Shown here: positions 40,420 to 50,479 of the stretch, piece after piece
Layout: every line of letters starts with the position of its first letter
Numbering within the stretch: the first letter of the stretch is position 1
Source: Spirochaetota bacterium
GTDB taxonomy: Bacteria > Spirochaetota > UBA4802 > UBA5550
Direction of reading: 5' to 3'
DNA: 64,000 nucleotides
Assembly: GCA_963664815.2 (NCBI GenBank)
Contig: CAXXHB010000003.1
Coordinates: 1,408,001 to 1,472,000 of the forward strand
The notes under the pieces: generated by a model
Told to the model about the DNA's origin: nothing
Seen by the model: only the letters and a program-made list of their open reading frames with translations
Databases searched by the model: none
Translations under genes and position numbers: made by a program

Positions 40420-43093
40420 CACGGTGGACAGATTAATCGAATCAAAGGGACGGCTGCTTGCAAATGTCGAATTCCCTTCTATTGTCAGAAAAGGTGAAGA
40501 AGAGGGTGGATGCGGTGTTGTAGGTTTCTGCTGCAGCGAACCCGTTGCAGGAAAACATATTTATGAACCTTCAAAGCAGATGCACAACCGGGGTAATGGC
40601 AAGGGTGGCGGTATTGCGGCTGTAGGTTTTATACCCGAACAGATGAATGTCAGCAGGGATATACTTGAAGACTGCTATATGCTGCATATAGCTTTTCTTG
40701 AAGATAATGTAAAGAGTGATGTCGAGAATGAGTTTATTAACCCGTATTTTAACGTGGCGGCTTCAGCCATGCTCGATAAGGTCGATGACTGGACAACAAT
40801 ACCGGGACTTGAAGTGAAACCTCCCGATGTCTGCAGATATTTTGTCCGCGTAAAAAATGATGTTCTTGCAGGGTTTATAGCTGAAAACAGGCTGGAAGGA
40901 ATAGACAGCAGGGAAGCAGAGGATGAGTTTCTGAACCAGAACAGTTTTAAACTGAATCAGGTATATTATGCGGCTCATGGTGATAAAAGGGCGTTTGTGC
41001 TCTCTCATGGGCGGAATATAATGATTCTTAAGGTTGTAGGTTTTGCCGAGGCGATTGTTGATTATTATAAGATAAGAGAGCTTAAGGCTCATACATGGAT
41101 TGCACATCAGCGCTTCCCTACCAAGGGACGGGTATGGCATCCTGCAGGAGCGCATCCATTCACGGGAATAAATATGGCTCTTGTACACAACGGAGACTTC
41201 GCGAATTATCATTCAGTAACAGAGCACCTTCTTCAGAGAAACATATATCCGCAGTTTCTGACTGACACTGAGGTTTCGGCCCTGTTGTTTGATCTGATGA
41301 ACAGGACATATCATTATTCACTGGAACATATTATTGAAGCGATGGCCCCTACCTCTGAGCTTGACTTTGACAGGCTGCCTGAGAATAAAAAGAAATTATA
41401 CAGGGCAATACAGGCAACGCATATACACGGTTCGCCCGATGGTCCGTGGTTCTTCATTATTACGAGAAATGTCCCTGAAAAGAAACAGTTTCAGCTTCTT
41501 GGGATTACTGATACTGCTATGCTTCGTCCGCAGGTTTTTGCATTCTGTGACGGTGAGGTTCAGGTTGGACTGATAGCTTCAGAAAAACAGGCAATCGATG
41601 CAACTCTTGTAAGTCTGTCGAAAGATGATCCCAGGATCTGTCCTGTTGCAGAAAAGTACTGGAATGCACGCGGTGGAAGCCATACAGACGGTGGCGCTTT
41701 TATTTTTAATATTTCTGAAGTATCTGGTAAGATGAGAATTGAATGCACAGATAAATTTGGTAAACCGGTTTCACTTCCCGGGAACGGGGAGGTATGTGAT
41801 TTTATATCTGAAAAATATCTTTCACATAAGCTGAAAGACGATGTCGTGAATTATATCAGGCAGTATAACGATAATAATCCTTACGGGCTTTACAGTTATA
41901 TCCGTGATAATATACCTTTTTGGTCATATGATGATATCCGCGCGGCTCTGAGGATGATTACAGATATGGCTTCAGATAATTCAGGTATTGAGAGAGCTGT
42001 ATCGGTATTAACTTTATTAAATGATCTTAAATATCCGGTCGGAAAAAAGAAAAGAAGCAACTTAATACATCTTATAAGAATGGAACTTACGAAGATGTTT
42101 AAAAAACTGCCATATCTTGATGATAAGACTGTATCAGACGGGAACAGTTACAGGCTTATTGATCTTGATAAAAGAGATACGCTTCGCGGTCCTGAGCAGA
42201 ACGAATCTGTTCTTGTAATTAATGCATATAACTTTCCTCCTGAAGGCGTACTGAGCGATGCATCGCTGCTTATGGATGCGTATATGAAAGGATGGAAAAA
42301 GTTCATTTCATTCGGATGTACGGGACAGAGATATATAGGGAATGGTCTGGGCCCGGATACCGATGATGTGGTAATAGACGTTTATGACAGCTGCGGCGAT
42401 TATCTTGCTTCTGGAATTGACGGCCTTACAATAAAGGTTCATAATAATGCGCAGGATCAGCTGGGGCAGATAATAAAGAGAGGAAAGCTTGTAATCTACG
42501 GCGATGTAGGACAGACTTTTCTCTACGGCGCGAAGGGCGGAGACATTTACGTGATGGGTAACGCAGCAGGGCGTCCGCTGATAAATTCTGTCGGGAGGCC
42601 AAGAGTAATAATTAATGGCACATGCCTCGACTTTCTGGGTGAATCATTTATGGCTGGAGACCCTCATAAAGAAGGTGGGTTTGTCGTGCTGAATGGTACA
42701 AAGTTTGATGATGAAGGGAAGGTGCAGCTGCTCGATGAACCTTATCCCGGAAGTAATATTTTTTCTCTTGCAACAGGTGGAGCTGTATATGTCCGGGATC
42801 CGCATAAAACGCTTGTTGATCAGCAGCTTAACGGTGGTGTAATTGAATCGATAAATAAAAAAGACTGGGAACTTATTCTTCCATATCTCGAGGAGAATCA
42901 GCGTCTTTTCAATATCAGGTTAGACGAATTATTAACTGTTAACGGTGCTGTTAAAAACCCGTTAAAAGTTTATAGAAAAGTTATCCCCGCATCGGCAGCA
43001 AAGCGAGCGGATACCGATACAGATGATCTTTTTGATGATGAATTTACCGAAGAGGAAATATTTTTTAAAAAGGAGCCGGTGACTATCAGCTGA
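40409..43093 (+). CDS. Glutamate synthase GATase (GltB1) plus GXGXG (GltB3) fusion
   Basis: EEEGG-CGVVG Ntn cysteine, MHNRGNG, AHQRFPT, HPF, HNGDFANY and TDTE motifs; C-terminal GDVGQTFLYGAKGG / GNAAGR / GESFMAG beta-helix; start at ATG 40409. Confidence 0.92.
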   Translation: MKNDTVDRLIESKGRLLANVEFPSIVRKGEEEGGCGVVGFCCSEPVAGKHIYEPSKQMHNRGNGKGGGIAAVGFIPEQMNVSRDILEDCYMLHIAFLEDNVKSDVENEFINPYFNVAASAMLDKVDDWTTIPGLEVKPPDVCRYFVRVKNDVLAGFIAENRLEGIDSREAEDEFLNQNSFKLNQVYYAAHGDKRAFVLSHGRNIMILKVVGFAEAIVDYYKIRELKAHTWIAHQRFPTKGRVWHPAGAHPFTGINMALVHNGDFANYHSVTEHLLQRNIYPQFLTDTEVSALLFDLMNRTYHYSLEHIIEAMAPTSELDFDRLPENKKKLYRAIQATHIHGSPDGPWFFIITRNVPEKKQFQLLGITDTAMLRPQVFAFCDGEVQVGLIASEKQAIDATLVSLSKDDPRICPVAEKYWNARGGSHTDGGAFIFNISEVSGKMRIECTDKFGKPVSLPGNGEVCDFISEKYLSHKLKDDVVNYIRQYNDNNPYGLYSYIRDNIPFWSYDDIRAALRMITDMASDNSGIERAVSVLTLLNDLKYPVGKKKRSNLIHLIRMELTKMFKKLPYLDDKTVSDGNSYRLIDLDKRDTLRGPEQNESVLVINAYNFPPEGVLSDASLLMDAYMKGWKKFISFGCTGQRYIGNGLGPDTDDVVIDVYDSCGDYLASGIDGLTIKVHNNAQDQLGQIIKRGKLVIYGDVGQTFLYGAKGGDIYVMGNAAGRPLINSVGRPRVIINGTCLDFLGESFMAGDPHKEGGFVVLNGTKFDDEGKVQLLDEPYPGSNIFSLATGGAVYVRDPHKTLVDQQLNGGVIESINKKDWELILPYLEENQRLFNIRLDELLTVNGAVKNPLKVYRKVIPASAAKRADTDTDDLFDDEFTEEEIFFKKEPVTIS

Positions 43094-43118
43094 AAGAAAT
43101 GTCTAATGGAGTAGCTAT

Positions 43119-43682
43119 ATGACAATAATTATAAAGAGTGAAAATAAAGGGAAGAGTTTTTTCGAAAAGATAAAGACCGGGTCGGGTGTGGACATCAGTC
43201 TTTGCCTCCAGTGCAGGAGATGTTCAAATGGCTGTCCTGCAGCTGCTTTTACAGGAGCATCCCCTTCGGAAATAATAAGAAAGCTTCAGCTTGGTATGAG
43301 TAAGGAAATTCTTGATGATGATTTTATATGGGTCTGCGCTTCATGCGAAACCTGTTTTGCAAGATGCCCGATGAAGATCAATATGGCGGCAGTGATCGAT
43401 GAACTTAGAATTTCCGCCGGTGATTTAAAGTCAAAGACCCCGGCGGGGAATATGCCTATGATGAACAGGTTTCTTCTCGGTACTATGAGATCATTCGGAA
43501 GAACATATGATCTCGGAGCCATGATTCTTTACAAGGCCGGGACTTTCTCGTATTTCAGGGATGCGGGAAAATTTCCTATGATCCTTAAAAAGGGTAAAAT
43601 AGCGCTTTTTCCTTCATCAGCTGGTGATAAAAAAAGTGTAAAGAATATATTTAAAAATATTGAAAAGATGAGGAAACAGTAA
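43119..43682 (+). CDS. hdrC: Heterodisulfide reductase subunit C
   Basis: CLQCRRCSNGCP and IWVCASCETCFARCP motifs. Confidence 0.92.
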   Translation: MTIIIKSENKGKSFFEKIKTGSGVDISLCLQCRRCSNGCPAAAFTGASPSEIIRKLQLGMSKEILDDDFIWVCASCETCFARCPMKINMAAVIDELRISAGDLKSKTPAGNMPMMNRFLLGTMRSFGRTYDLGAMILYKAGTFSYFRDAGKFPMILKKGKIALFPSSAGDKKSVKNIFKNIEKMRKQ

Positions 43683-43683
43683 G

Positions 43684-44556
43684 ATGAAATACGCGTACTA
43701 TCCGGGATGTTCTGCCGAATCGACGGCACGCGATCAGTATACATCAACAATGGCTGTTGCGCGCTCTCTGGGGATTGAGCTTGTTGAACCGGAGGGATGG
43801 ACTTGTTGCGGTTCAACGCCTGCCCACCAGGTAAATCACGATCTGGCTGTTTCATTATCAGTGGCAAATCTGCAGAAGGTGCAGGATCTTGGACTCGATA
43901 TGGTGGTAAGCTGCGCATCATGTTACAGCAGGATGAAAGCTGCAAATCATGCAGTTGCTTCAGATCCGGCAGTAAGAAAACGGATTTCAGAGATTACCGG
44001 AAAAGACTATGACGGATCTGTCCGTGTGAGGCATTTTATTGAAATATTACTTGAAGACATCGGTTTGATGCAGTTTAAAAGAATGCTTACAGGCTCTCTT
44101 GACGGAATGAAGGTTGCTTCATATTATGGATGCCTGCTTGTGCGTCCCAATGAGATAACGGGTTTTGACGATCCGGAAAATCCGGTTTATATGGATAAGA
44201 TTATAAATGCCATGGGTGGAGATAGCATTGACTGGCCGCATAAAACAGAGTGCTGTGGCGCGTCACTTACCCTTACAAGACCCGGGATAGTTTTAAAACT
44301 GTCTGATTCAATTATTGCAATGGCGGAGGGATACGGGGCGGAATGCATTTCTGTTGCATGCCCGATGTGCCAGATAAACCTTGATATGAGACAGGGAGAT
44401 ATAAAAAAAGAAACAGGAAAAGACTACAGGATGCCTGTAATGTATATAACACAGCTTATCGGGCTATGTCTTGGAATTCCGGGGAATGACCTTGGAATCG
44501 GCAGGCTGATAAATTCGCCCGAAAAGATTATGACAGGAGTAGTTAATAATGCATAA
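43684..44556 (+). CDS. hdrB: Heterodisulfide reductase subunit B
   Basis: YYPGC, TCCG, CASC, YYGC, ECCG and CPMC (two CCG domains). Confidence 0.95.
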   Translation: MKYAYYPGCSAESTARDQYTSTMAVARSLGIELVEPEGWTCCGSTPAHQVNHDLAVSLSVANLQKVQDLGLDMVVSCASCYSRMKAANHAVASDPAVRKRISEITGKDYDGSVRVRHFIEILLEDIGLMQFKRMLTGSLDGMKVASYYGCLLVRPNEITGFDDPENPVYMDKIINAMGGDSIDWPHKTECCGASLTLTRPGIVLKLSDSIIAMAEGYGAECISVACPMCQINLDMRQGDIKKETGKDYRMPVMYITQLIGLCLGIPGNDLGIGRLINSPEKIMTGVVNNA

Positions 44557-47500
44557 GAGTAATAATAAAAAAACCGGAGCGGTAATTGTTCAGGGGGGCG
44601 GTATTGCAGGAGTGCAGGCATCTCTTGATCTTGCGAACTCGGGATTTAAAGTACATCTGGTTGAAAGCAGTTCAGCGATTGGCGGAATGATGGCTCATCT
44701 TGACAAAACATTCCCTACCGGTGATTGCGCAACATGTATTGTTTCTCCAAAACTGGTTGAATGTTCAAGAAACCTTAACATAGAAATACATACACTCTCC
44801 GAGCTTGAATCTCTTGAAGGGGAGGCTGGAAACTTCAAGGCAGGGATAAGAAAATCACCAAGGTATATAGACGAAAAAATCTGCAATGACTGCGGTGATT
44901 GCACAAAGGCCTGCCCCGTTGAAATCAGCGACAGGTTTAACCGGGGTCTCGGGAAAAGAAAGGCAATTCAGAAATATAACGCGCAGGCTATACCTAACAA
45001 ACCGGCAATAATGAAGCTGGGACACGCGCCGTGTAAGGTTACATGTCCTGCAAATATAAATGTTCAGGGTTATATTCAGCTTATAAAAAAGGGTGAATAT
45101 ATAAAAGCGGTGAATATGATAAGGGAAAGAAATCCCCTGTCAGCTGTATGCGGGCGTGTCTGTCCTGCGCCATGCGAGAATGCATGCACAAGATCAAAAT
45201 TTGATTCCGCTGTTGCAATAAGGCAGCTCAAGCGTTTTGCCTCTGATCAGGAGATGATGCTGGTGAAATCAGGAAAAATACAGCTTCCTGAAGAGAGAAG
45301 ACCCTCATCAAATGCGGAAAAAGTTGCTGTTATAGGTGCAGGTCCGGCAGGGCTCACATGTGCTGCCGATCTTGCAGACAGGGGGTTTGCTGTTACGGTT
45401 TTTGAAACAGGAGAGCGTGCAGGCGGGATGCTTATATGGGGCATTCCCGAATACCGGCTCCCCAGGAATATCCTTGATTATGAAGTTGAACTTATAAGGC
45501 GGAAAGGTGTTGAATTTGTTTTCAACTATCGTGCAGGAAGGGATGCGTCGATCAGTGAATTGAAAAGTAAATATGACGCTCTCTTTATAAGCGCCGGTGC
45601 GCATGGAGGGAGACGTTTAGGAGTAGAAGGTGAAGACCTTACAGGAGTTGATTCAGGAGTTGATTTTTTAAGAGAGAACGGCAAAGAAGGGGGCAGACCC
45701 CATGTAGGCGAAAATGTTGTAGTAATAGGGGGCGGTAACGTAGCGGTGGATGTAGCCCGTACGGCACTCCGTCTGGGCGCAAAAAATGTACAACTTGTTG
45801 CTCTTGAAAAATATGGGGAGATGCCGGCATATGAGGATGAAATAAAGGCTTCTGTTGAAGAAGGTATTGTCATAAAAAATGGATGGGGACCGGAGAAAAT
45901 TACAGGTAAAGGATCGGTTTCCGGTATTGAACTTAAAGAATGCGTCAGGGTCTTTGATGATAAAGGGAAATTCAGCCCGATATATAATAATGAAAATCTG
46001 ATAACATTAAAAGCTGACCAGATTATAGTTGCCATAGGGCAGATGGTTGAAAAGGATCTTCTTGAAAACAGCTGTGTAGATACGGAATTCGGATGCATAT
46101 CAGCTGACCCGGTTACACTTGAAACTACAGAAAAGGGCGTTTTTGCAGGCGGAGACAATGTATCCGGGCCTGCAAGTGTCATCGAAGCCGTTGCTGCAGG
46201 AAAAAGGGCTGCTGAATCTATAGAAAGGTTTTTAAACGGAAAAGATATGTTTACTGACCGTTTCGAATCAACGGTTAAACCGGTTCCGGAAAATATGCTT
46301 CCTTCTGCATCTGATGTAATTAAAAAAGAACGCTCTGTGGCAGATGAACTTCCGGTAAGTGAGAGAATACTGAATTTCAAGGAAGTGGAATCGGCATTTA
46401 CAGCTGAGCAGGCTGCGGCAGAGGCGGAGAGATGCCTTAACTGTGCCCTCTGTTCGGAGTGCAATGAATGTGTTTCCGCCTGTGAAAAACAGGCTGTACG
46501 GCACAATATGAAGGATGAGTACATTGAGCTTGATGCGGGATCGGTAATAATGACTGCCGGTTTTAAGGAGTTCGACGCATCAGAGAAAGGTGAGTTCGGA
46601 TATGGCAGATATAAAAATGTCGTTACGAATGTTCAGTTTGAAAGAATGCTCTCTGCGGCAGGACCATCCGGAGGGCATGTACTGAGACTTTCCGATGGGG
46701 AAGAGGCAAAGCGCATCGCCTTTATACAGTGTGTCGGTTCAAGGGATTCCAAATGCGGCAACGAATACTGCTCATCAATATGCTGCATGGCAACAACCAA
46801 GCAGGCGCTTGTTGCAGATGAACATATAGAAGGGATGAATGCGTCTATATTCTATATGGATATACGTGCTTTTGGAAAGGACTTCGACCGTTATTATGAA
46901 AGGGCAAGAAGTAAAGAAAATATAAAGTATATAAAAGGGATCCCTTCACGTACAGTGCAGGTTCCCGGATCTATGGATATACGTCTTAAATATATGGATG
47001 AGAATTTCAATTATATTGAAAGTGATTTTGACCTTGTGGTGCTTGCGGTTGGGATGGAGCCTCAGGATAAAATTGAAGAAAAGATGTCCGGAATAGGAGT
47101 TAAGCTAAACGAGTATGGATTCGCAGGGAGAAGCCGTCTCTATCCTCTTCAGACATCACGCGACGGGGTCTTCATCGCAGGGGCATTTAATGAACCGAAA
47201 GATATCCCGGAGACTGTTACGCAGGCAAGTGCGGCTGCGTCAATGGCTATGGAGATACTTAACCAGGCAAGGAATACACTCACGGCAGGAAAGAAGTACC
47301 CGGCAGAACATGATACTACGGATGAAAAACCGAGAATCGGTGTTTTTGTATGTCACTGCGGGATCAATATAGCTTCAACAGTTGATGTGGAAAAAGTGAC
47401 GGAAGCAGTAGCGGGTGAACCGGGTGTAATAGTGGCATCTCATACAATGTATACATGTTCCGATTCCAGCTTAACAAATATTAAAAAATGTATTATAGAA

Positions 47501-49036
47501 AACAGGCTCAACAGGGTTGTTGTGGCCTCATGTACACCAAGAACGCATGAAGACCTTTTCAGGGATACTCTCCGTGAGGCCGGACTTAACCAGTACCTTT
47601 TTGAACTGGCCAATATACGGGACCAATGTTCATGGGTTCACAGCGGAGAACCTGAACCGGCAACTGAAAAGGCTGTTCAGCTTGTAAAGATGTCAATAGC
47701 ACGTTCGAGAATGCTGAAACCACTGACAGGCGAATCATTACTGATAAACCAGAACGGACTTGTAATAGGGGGTGGACTGAGCGGGATGACTGCAGCTCTG
47801 TCGCTTGCGGAGCAGGGATTTAAAGTTACGCTTGTTGAGAAGTCAGAGGTACTGGGGGGAAATATGCTGAATATTTACAGTACTCTTGAGAATGAAGATA
47901 TAGGCGGTTTTCTGGGTGAAATGGTTTCAAAAGTTGGAAATCATAAAAACATTCAGCTTTACCTGAACAGCGAGGTGGTTAAATTAAATGGCCATATCGG
48001 AAAATTTACTGTTACCATAAGTCAGAAGGGAGTAACTAACGGTAAAGGTATTGATATCAACTGCGGTGCGATTGTTGTCGCCACTGGGGGTAAACCTGCA
48101 GAAGTAAAGGATTTCTCTTATGGAAAATCAGAGAATATATTAACACAGCTAGATCTGGAGAAAATGATTCATGAAAACAGTTTTTCATCTTTAAATTCTT
48201 CTGGCAGCAGCAAAAATATTGTAATGATTCAATGTGCGGGCTCACGCAACAATGAAAGGGAATACTGCAGCAGGATATGCTGCTCCATGGCAGTGAAAAA
48301 TGCTCTGAAAATAAAAAAAGGGAATCCTGATGTGAATGTTTATATTTTGTATCGTGATATAAGGACATATGGCTTCAGGGAAAAATATTATCTTGAGGCA
48401 AGGAAGTCGGGTGTAGTTTTTATAAGGTATGATGAAAAGAATCCTCCGGTAGTGTCGGAAGATGAAAAACTTTTTGTAACGCTTAAAAGCCCCGATATTC
48501 GCGATGTCGTTATGATTGAAGCTGATAATCTGATACTGAGTACCGGGATAGATGCACATGCTGAGAACAGGGCGGTTTCTGACATGCTTAAGCTTCAACT
48601 CAACCAGGATGGTTTTTTTCTTGAGGCACACGTTAAACTGCGACCTGTAGACTTTGCGACAGAGGGGATATATCTCTGCGGTCTTGCTCATTCACCGAAA
48701 ATGATTGATGAGAACATATCGCAGGCAAAGGCAGCAGCATCACGCGCTGCGACTATTCTTTCAAAGAACAGCCTTGAAGTTGGTGCACAGGTGTCGGAGG
48801 TAGACCAGAATAAATGTATATCTTGTATGACCTGTGTTCATGCATGCCCGTATGGAGCTCCGTCGGCAAATATTGACGGTAAGGCTGAAATAGCCGCAGC
48901 AAAATGCATGGGTTGCGGCATATGTGCATCGGAATGTCCCGCAAGGGCTATACAGCTTAACCATTTTGAGACAAAACAGTTCAACATTATGCTAGAGGAT
49001 CTGATAGAAAACTATATAGCAGTACATCGTAATTAA
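44549..49036 (+). CDS. hdrA: Large HdrA (HdrL-type): HdrA with inserted GltD-like NAD(P)H domain plus a second HdrA module
   Basis: GGGIAG...LDKTFPTGDCATC; insert APCKVTCP...CGRVCPAPCE...GAGPAG...GGGNVA; IQCVGSRD..YCSSICC; second module RIGVFVCHCG...NIRDQCSWVH...QCAGSR..YCSRICC; C-terminal ferredoxin. Confidence 0.93.
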   Translation: MHKSNNKKTGAVIVQGGGIAGVQASLDLANSGFKVHLVESSSAIGGMMAHLDKTFPTGDCATCIVSPKLVECSRNLNIEIHTLSELESLEGEAGNFKAGIRKSPRYIDEKICNDCGDCTKACPVEISDRFNRGLGKRKAIQKYNAQAIPNKPAIMKLGHAPCKVTCPANINVQGYIQLIKKGEYIKAVNMIRERNPLSAVCGRVCPAPCENACTRSKFDSAVAIRQLKRFASDQEMMLVKSGKIQLPEERRPSSNAEKVAVIGAGPAGLTCAADLADRGFAVTVFETGERAGGMLIWGIPEYRLPRNILDYEVELIRRKGVEFVFNYRAGRDASISELKSKYDALFISAGAHGGRRLGVEGEDLTGVDSGVDFLRENGKEGGRPHVGENVVVIGGGNVAVDVARTALRLGAKNVQLVALEKYGEMPAYEDEIKASVEEGIVIKNGWGPEKITGKGSVSGIELKECVRVFDDKGKFSPIYNNENLITLKADQIIVAIGQMVEKDLLENSCVDTEFGCISADPVTLETTEKGVFAGGDNVSGPASVIEAVAAGKRAAESIERFLNGKDMFTDRFESTVKPVPENMLPSASDVIKKERSVADELPVSERILNFKEVESAFTAEQAAAEAERCLNCALCSECNECVSACEKQAVRHNMKDEYIELDAGSVIMTAGFKEFDASEKGEFGYGRYKNVVTNVQFERMLSAAGPSGGHVLRLSDGEEAKRIAFIQCVGSRDSKCGNEYCSSICCMATTKQALVADEHIEGMNASIFYMDIRAFGKDFDRYYERARSKENIKYIKGIPSRTVQVPGSMDIRLKYMDENFNYIESDFDLVVLAVGMEPQDKIEEKMSGIGVKLNEYGFAGRSRLYPLQTSRDGVFIAGAFNEPKDIPETVTQASAAASMAMEILNQARNTLTAGKKYPAEHDTTDEKPRIGVFVCHCGINIASTVDVEKVTEAVAGEPGVIVASHTMYTCSDSSLTNIKKCIIENRLNRVVVASCTPRTHEDLFRDTLREAGLNQYLFELANIRDQCSWVHSGEPEPATEKAVQLVKMSIARSRMLKPLTGESLLINQNGLVIGGGLSGMTAALSLAEQGFKVTLVEKSEVLGGNMLNIYSTLENEDIGGFLGEMVSKVGNHKNIQLYLNSEVVKLNGHIGKFTVTISQKGVTNGKGIDINCGAIVVATGGKPAEVKDFSYGKSENILTQLDLEKMIHENSFSSLNSSGSSKNIVMIQCAGSRNNEREYCSRICCSMAVKNALKIKKGNPDVNVYILYRDIRTYGFREKYYLEARKSGVVFIRYDEKNPPVVSEDEKLFVTLKSPDIRDVVMIEADNLILSTGIDAHAENRAVSDMLKLQLNQDGFFLEAHVKLRPVDFATEGIYLCGLAHSPKMIDENISQAKAAASRAATILSKNSLEVGAQVSEVDQNKCISCMTCVHACPYGAPSANIDGKAEIAAAKCMGCGICASECPARAIQLNHFETKQFNIMLEDLIENYIAVHRN

Positions 49037-49050
49037 ACGAGAGGAATATA

Positions 49051-49500
49051 ATGAGTGATAAAAATTTTGAACCTCTGATTATCGCTTTCTGCTGCCAGTA
49101 CTGTTCGTATTCAGCGGCAGACCTTGCGGGTTCCATGAGGCTTCAGTATCCGCCTAATGTAAGAATTGTACGAACTCCCTGTACCGGCAGGCTTGAAGTT
49201 AATTTTTTTATGAAGGCGTTTGAAAAAGGTGCTGATGGAATACTTGTAGCCGGGTGCCTTGAAGGAGGCTGCCATTTTACTGAGGGTAATTTTCTTGCGA
49301 AAGGCAGAGTGGGATATACCCGGACAATACTTCATGAAAGCGGACTTGAAGCTGAACGTATAAAAATGATAAATGTATCGGCGGCAATGGCACGGCCGTT
49401 TGTAGACCATCTGAACGATTTGATTGAAACAGTAAAAAAACTCGGGCCTAATCCTCTTTCGGGTAAGGTCAACAGTGTTAAAGAGGAGATAGAAGTATGA
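49051..49500 (+). CDS. mvhD: MvhD [2Fe-2S] subunit
   Basis: AFCCQYCSYSAADLAG, PCTGR and GADGILVAGC..GGCHF motifs. Confidence 0.95.
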   Translation: MSDKNFEPLIIAFCCQYCSYSAADLAGSMRLQYPPNVRIVRTPCTGRLEVNFFMKAFEKGADGILVAGCLEGGCHFTEGNFLAKGRVGYTRTILHESGLEAERIKMINVSAAMARPFVDHLNDLIETVKKLGPNPLSGKVNSVKEEIEV

Positions 49501-50162
49501 TAGTAGCGCAGAGAAAAAGTATTCCCGAACTCACAGAGATACTTGAGGGGCATAAAAAAATACTTGTACTGGGATGCGGTACATGCGTCACGGTTTGCCT
49601 TGCCGGTGGAGAACGTGAAGTGAGTATTATCTCTTCGGCTCTTAGAATTTCTTCCAGTCTGAAAGGGCTCGGTTTCGAGGTAGAGGAGCTTACAATAGAG
49701 AGACAGTGTGACAATATTTTTATAGAGAAGGCAGCGGAAGCGGTTTCCAGAAATGACGTTGTTCTGTCACTGGGATGCGGCGCGGGCGTACAGGCAATAG
49801 CGGAAAGGTTTGATAAGCCTGTATATGCCGGACTTGACACCGAATTTATCGGAATACTCGAGGAGAGGGCAACCTGGACTGAAAAATGTATATCATGCGG
49901 GAAATGCGTTCTGCATATGTATGGAGGAATATGCCCTGTCACAAGATGTGCAAAGCATATGTTGAACGGGCCCTGCAGCGGTTCCAGGGAAGACAGGTGC
50001 GAGGTGAGACCAGACCGCCCATGTGCATGGCAACTTATTTATCAGAGACTTAAAAAAATTGGTGAACTTGATAAACTTAAACAGATAAAAGCGCCAAAAA
50101 ACTGGAATTACAGCCTTCATGGCGGTTCCAGGGTTATTATTCGCGAGGATCACAGAATATAA
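49497..50162 (+). CDS. metV: MTHFR small Fe-S subunit
   Basis: GCGTCVTVC, CGAGVQ, CISCGKCVL..YGGICPVTRCAK.MLNGPC and CAWQLIY motifs. Confidence 0.93.
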   Translation: MIVAQRKSIPELTEILEGHKKILVLGCGTCVTVCLAGGEREVSIISSALRISSSLKGLGFEVEELTIERQCDNIFIEKAAEAVSRNDVVLSLGCGAGVQAIAERFDKPVYAGLDTEFIGILEERATWTEKCISCGKCVLHMYGGICPVTRCAKHMLNGPCSGSREDRCEVRPDRPCAWQLIYQRLKKIGELDKLKQIKAPKNWNYSLHGGSRVIIREDHRI

Positions 50163-50197
50163 CATATTAACCTGCAAGTTTCAAAAACAGACATAGA

Positions 50198-50251
50198 GGC
50201 AGTATGATAATCAGGAGAGTGCTGAATTTTTAACCGGATTATCATACTGCC
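50198..50251 (+). terminator. Stem-loop closing the operon
   Basis: ggcagtatgataatc / gattatcatactgcc 15-bp inverted repeat. Confidence 0.6.
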
Positions 50252-50479
50252 AATCTCCGGTTTAACAATTCCGTATATGTTTTGTTTGATAGCTAAATCC
50301 AGTAATAATTTCTTAACATATATTTTGTGTAAAAACGATTATATCTCTTCTCCGTCATCGGTAGCGGAGAGATATAAAAAATTAAGGAATAATTATTGAA
50401 TTAAGTCTATATTTATAAATATGGTCGACATTAATCCTCATCTATTGTAGTATACAAAAAAAGAATGTGGAGAATATAA

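Noticed and set aside
45526-46524. 332-aa antisense ORF and other long shadow ORFs (e.g. 26599-27303, 2217-2657)
   Set aside because: They lie opposite well-conserved genes and show no recognisable motifs
43119-49500. Methanogenesis or a hydrogenase complex
   Set aside because: No mvhA/mvhG, mcr or flx genes here; the context is bacterial
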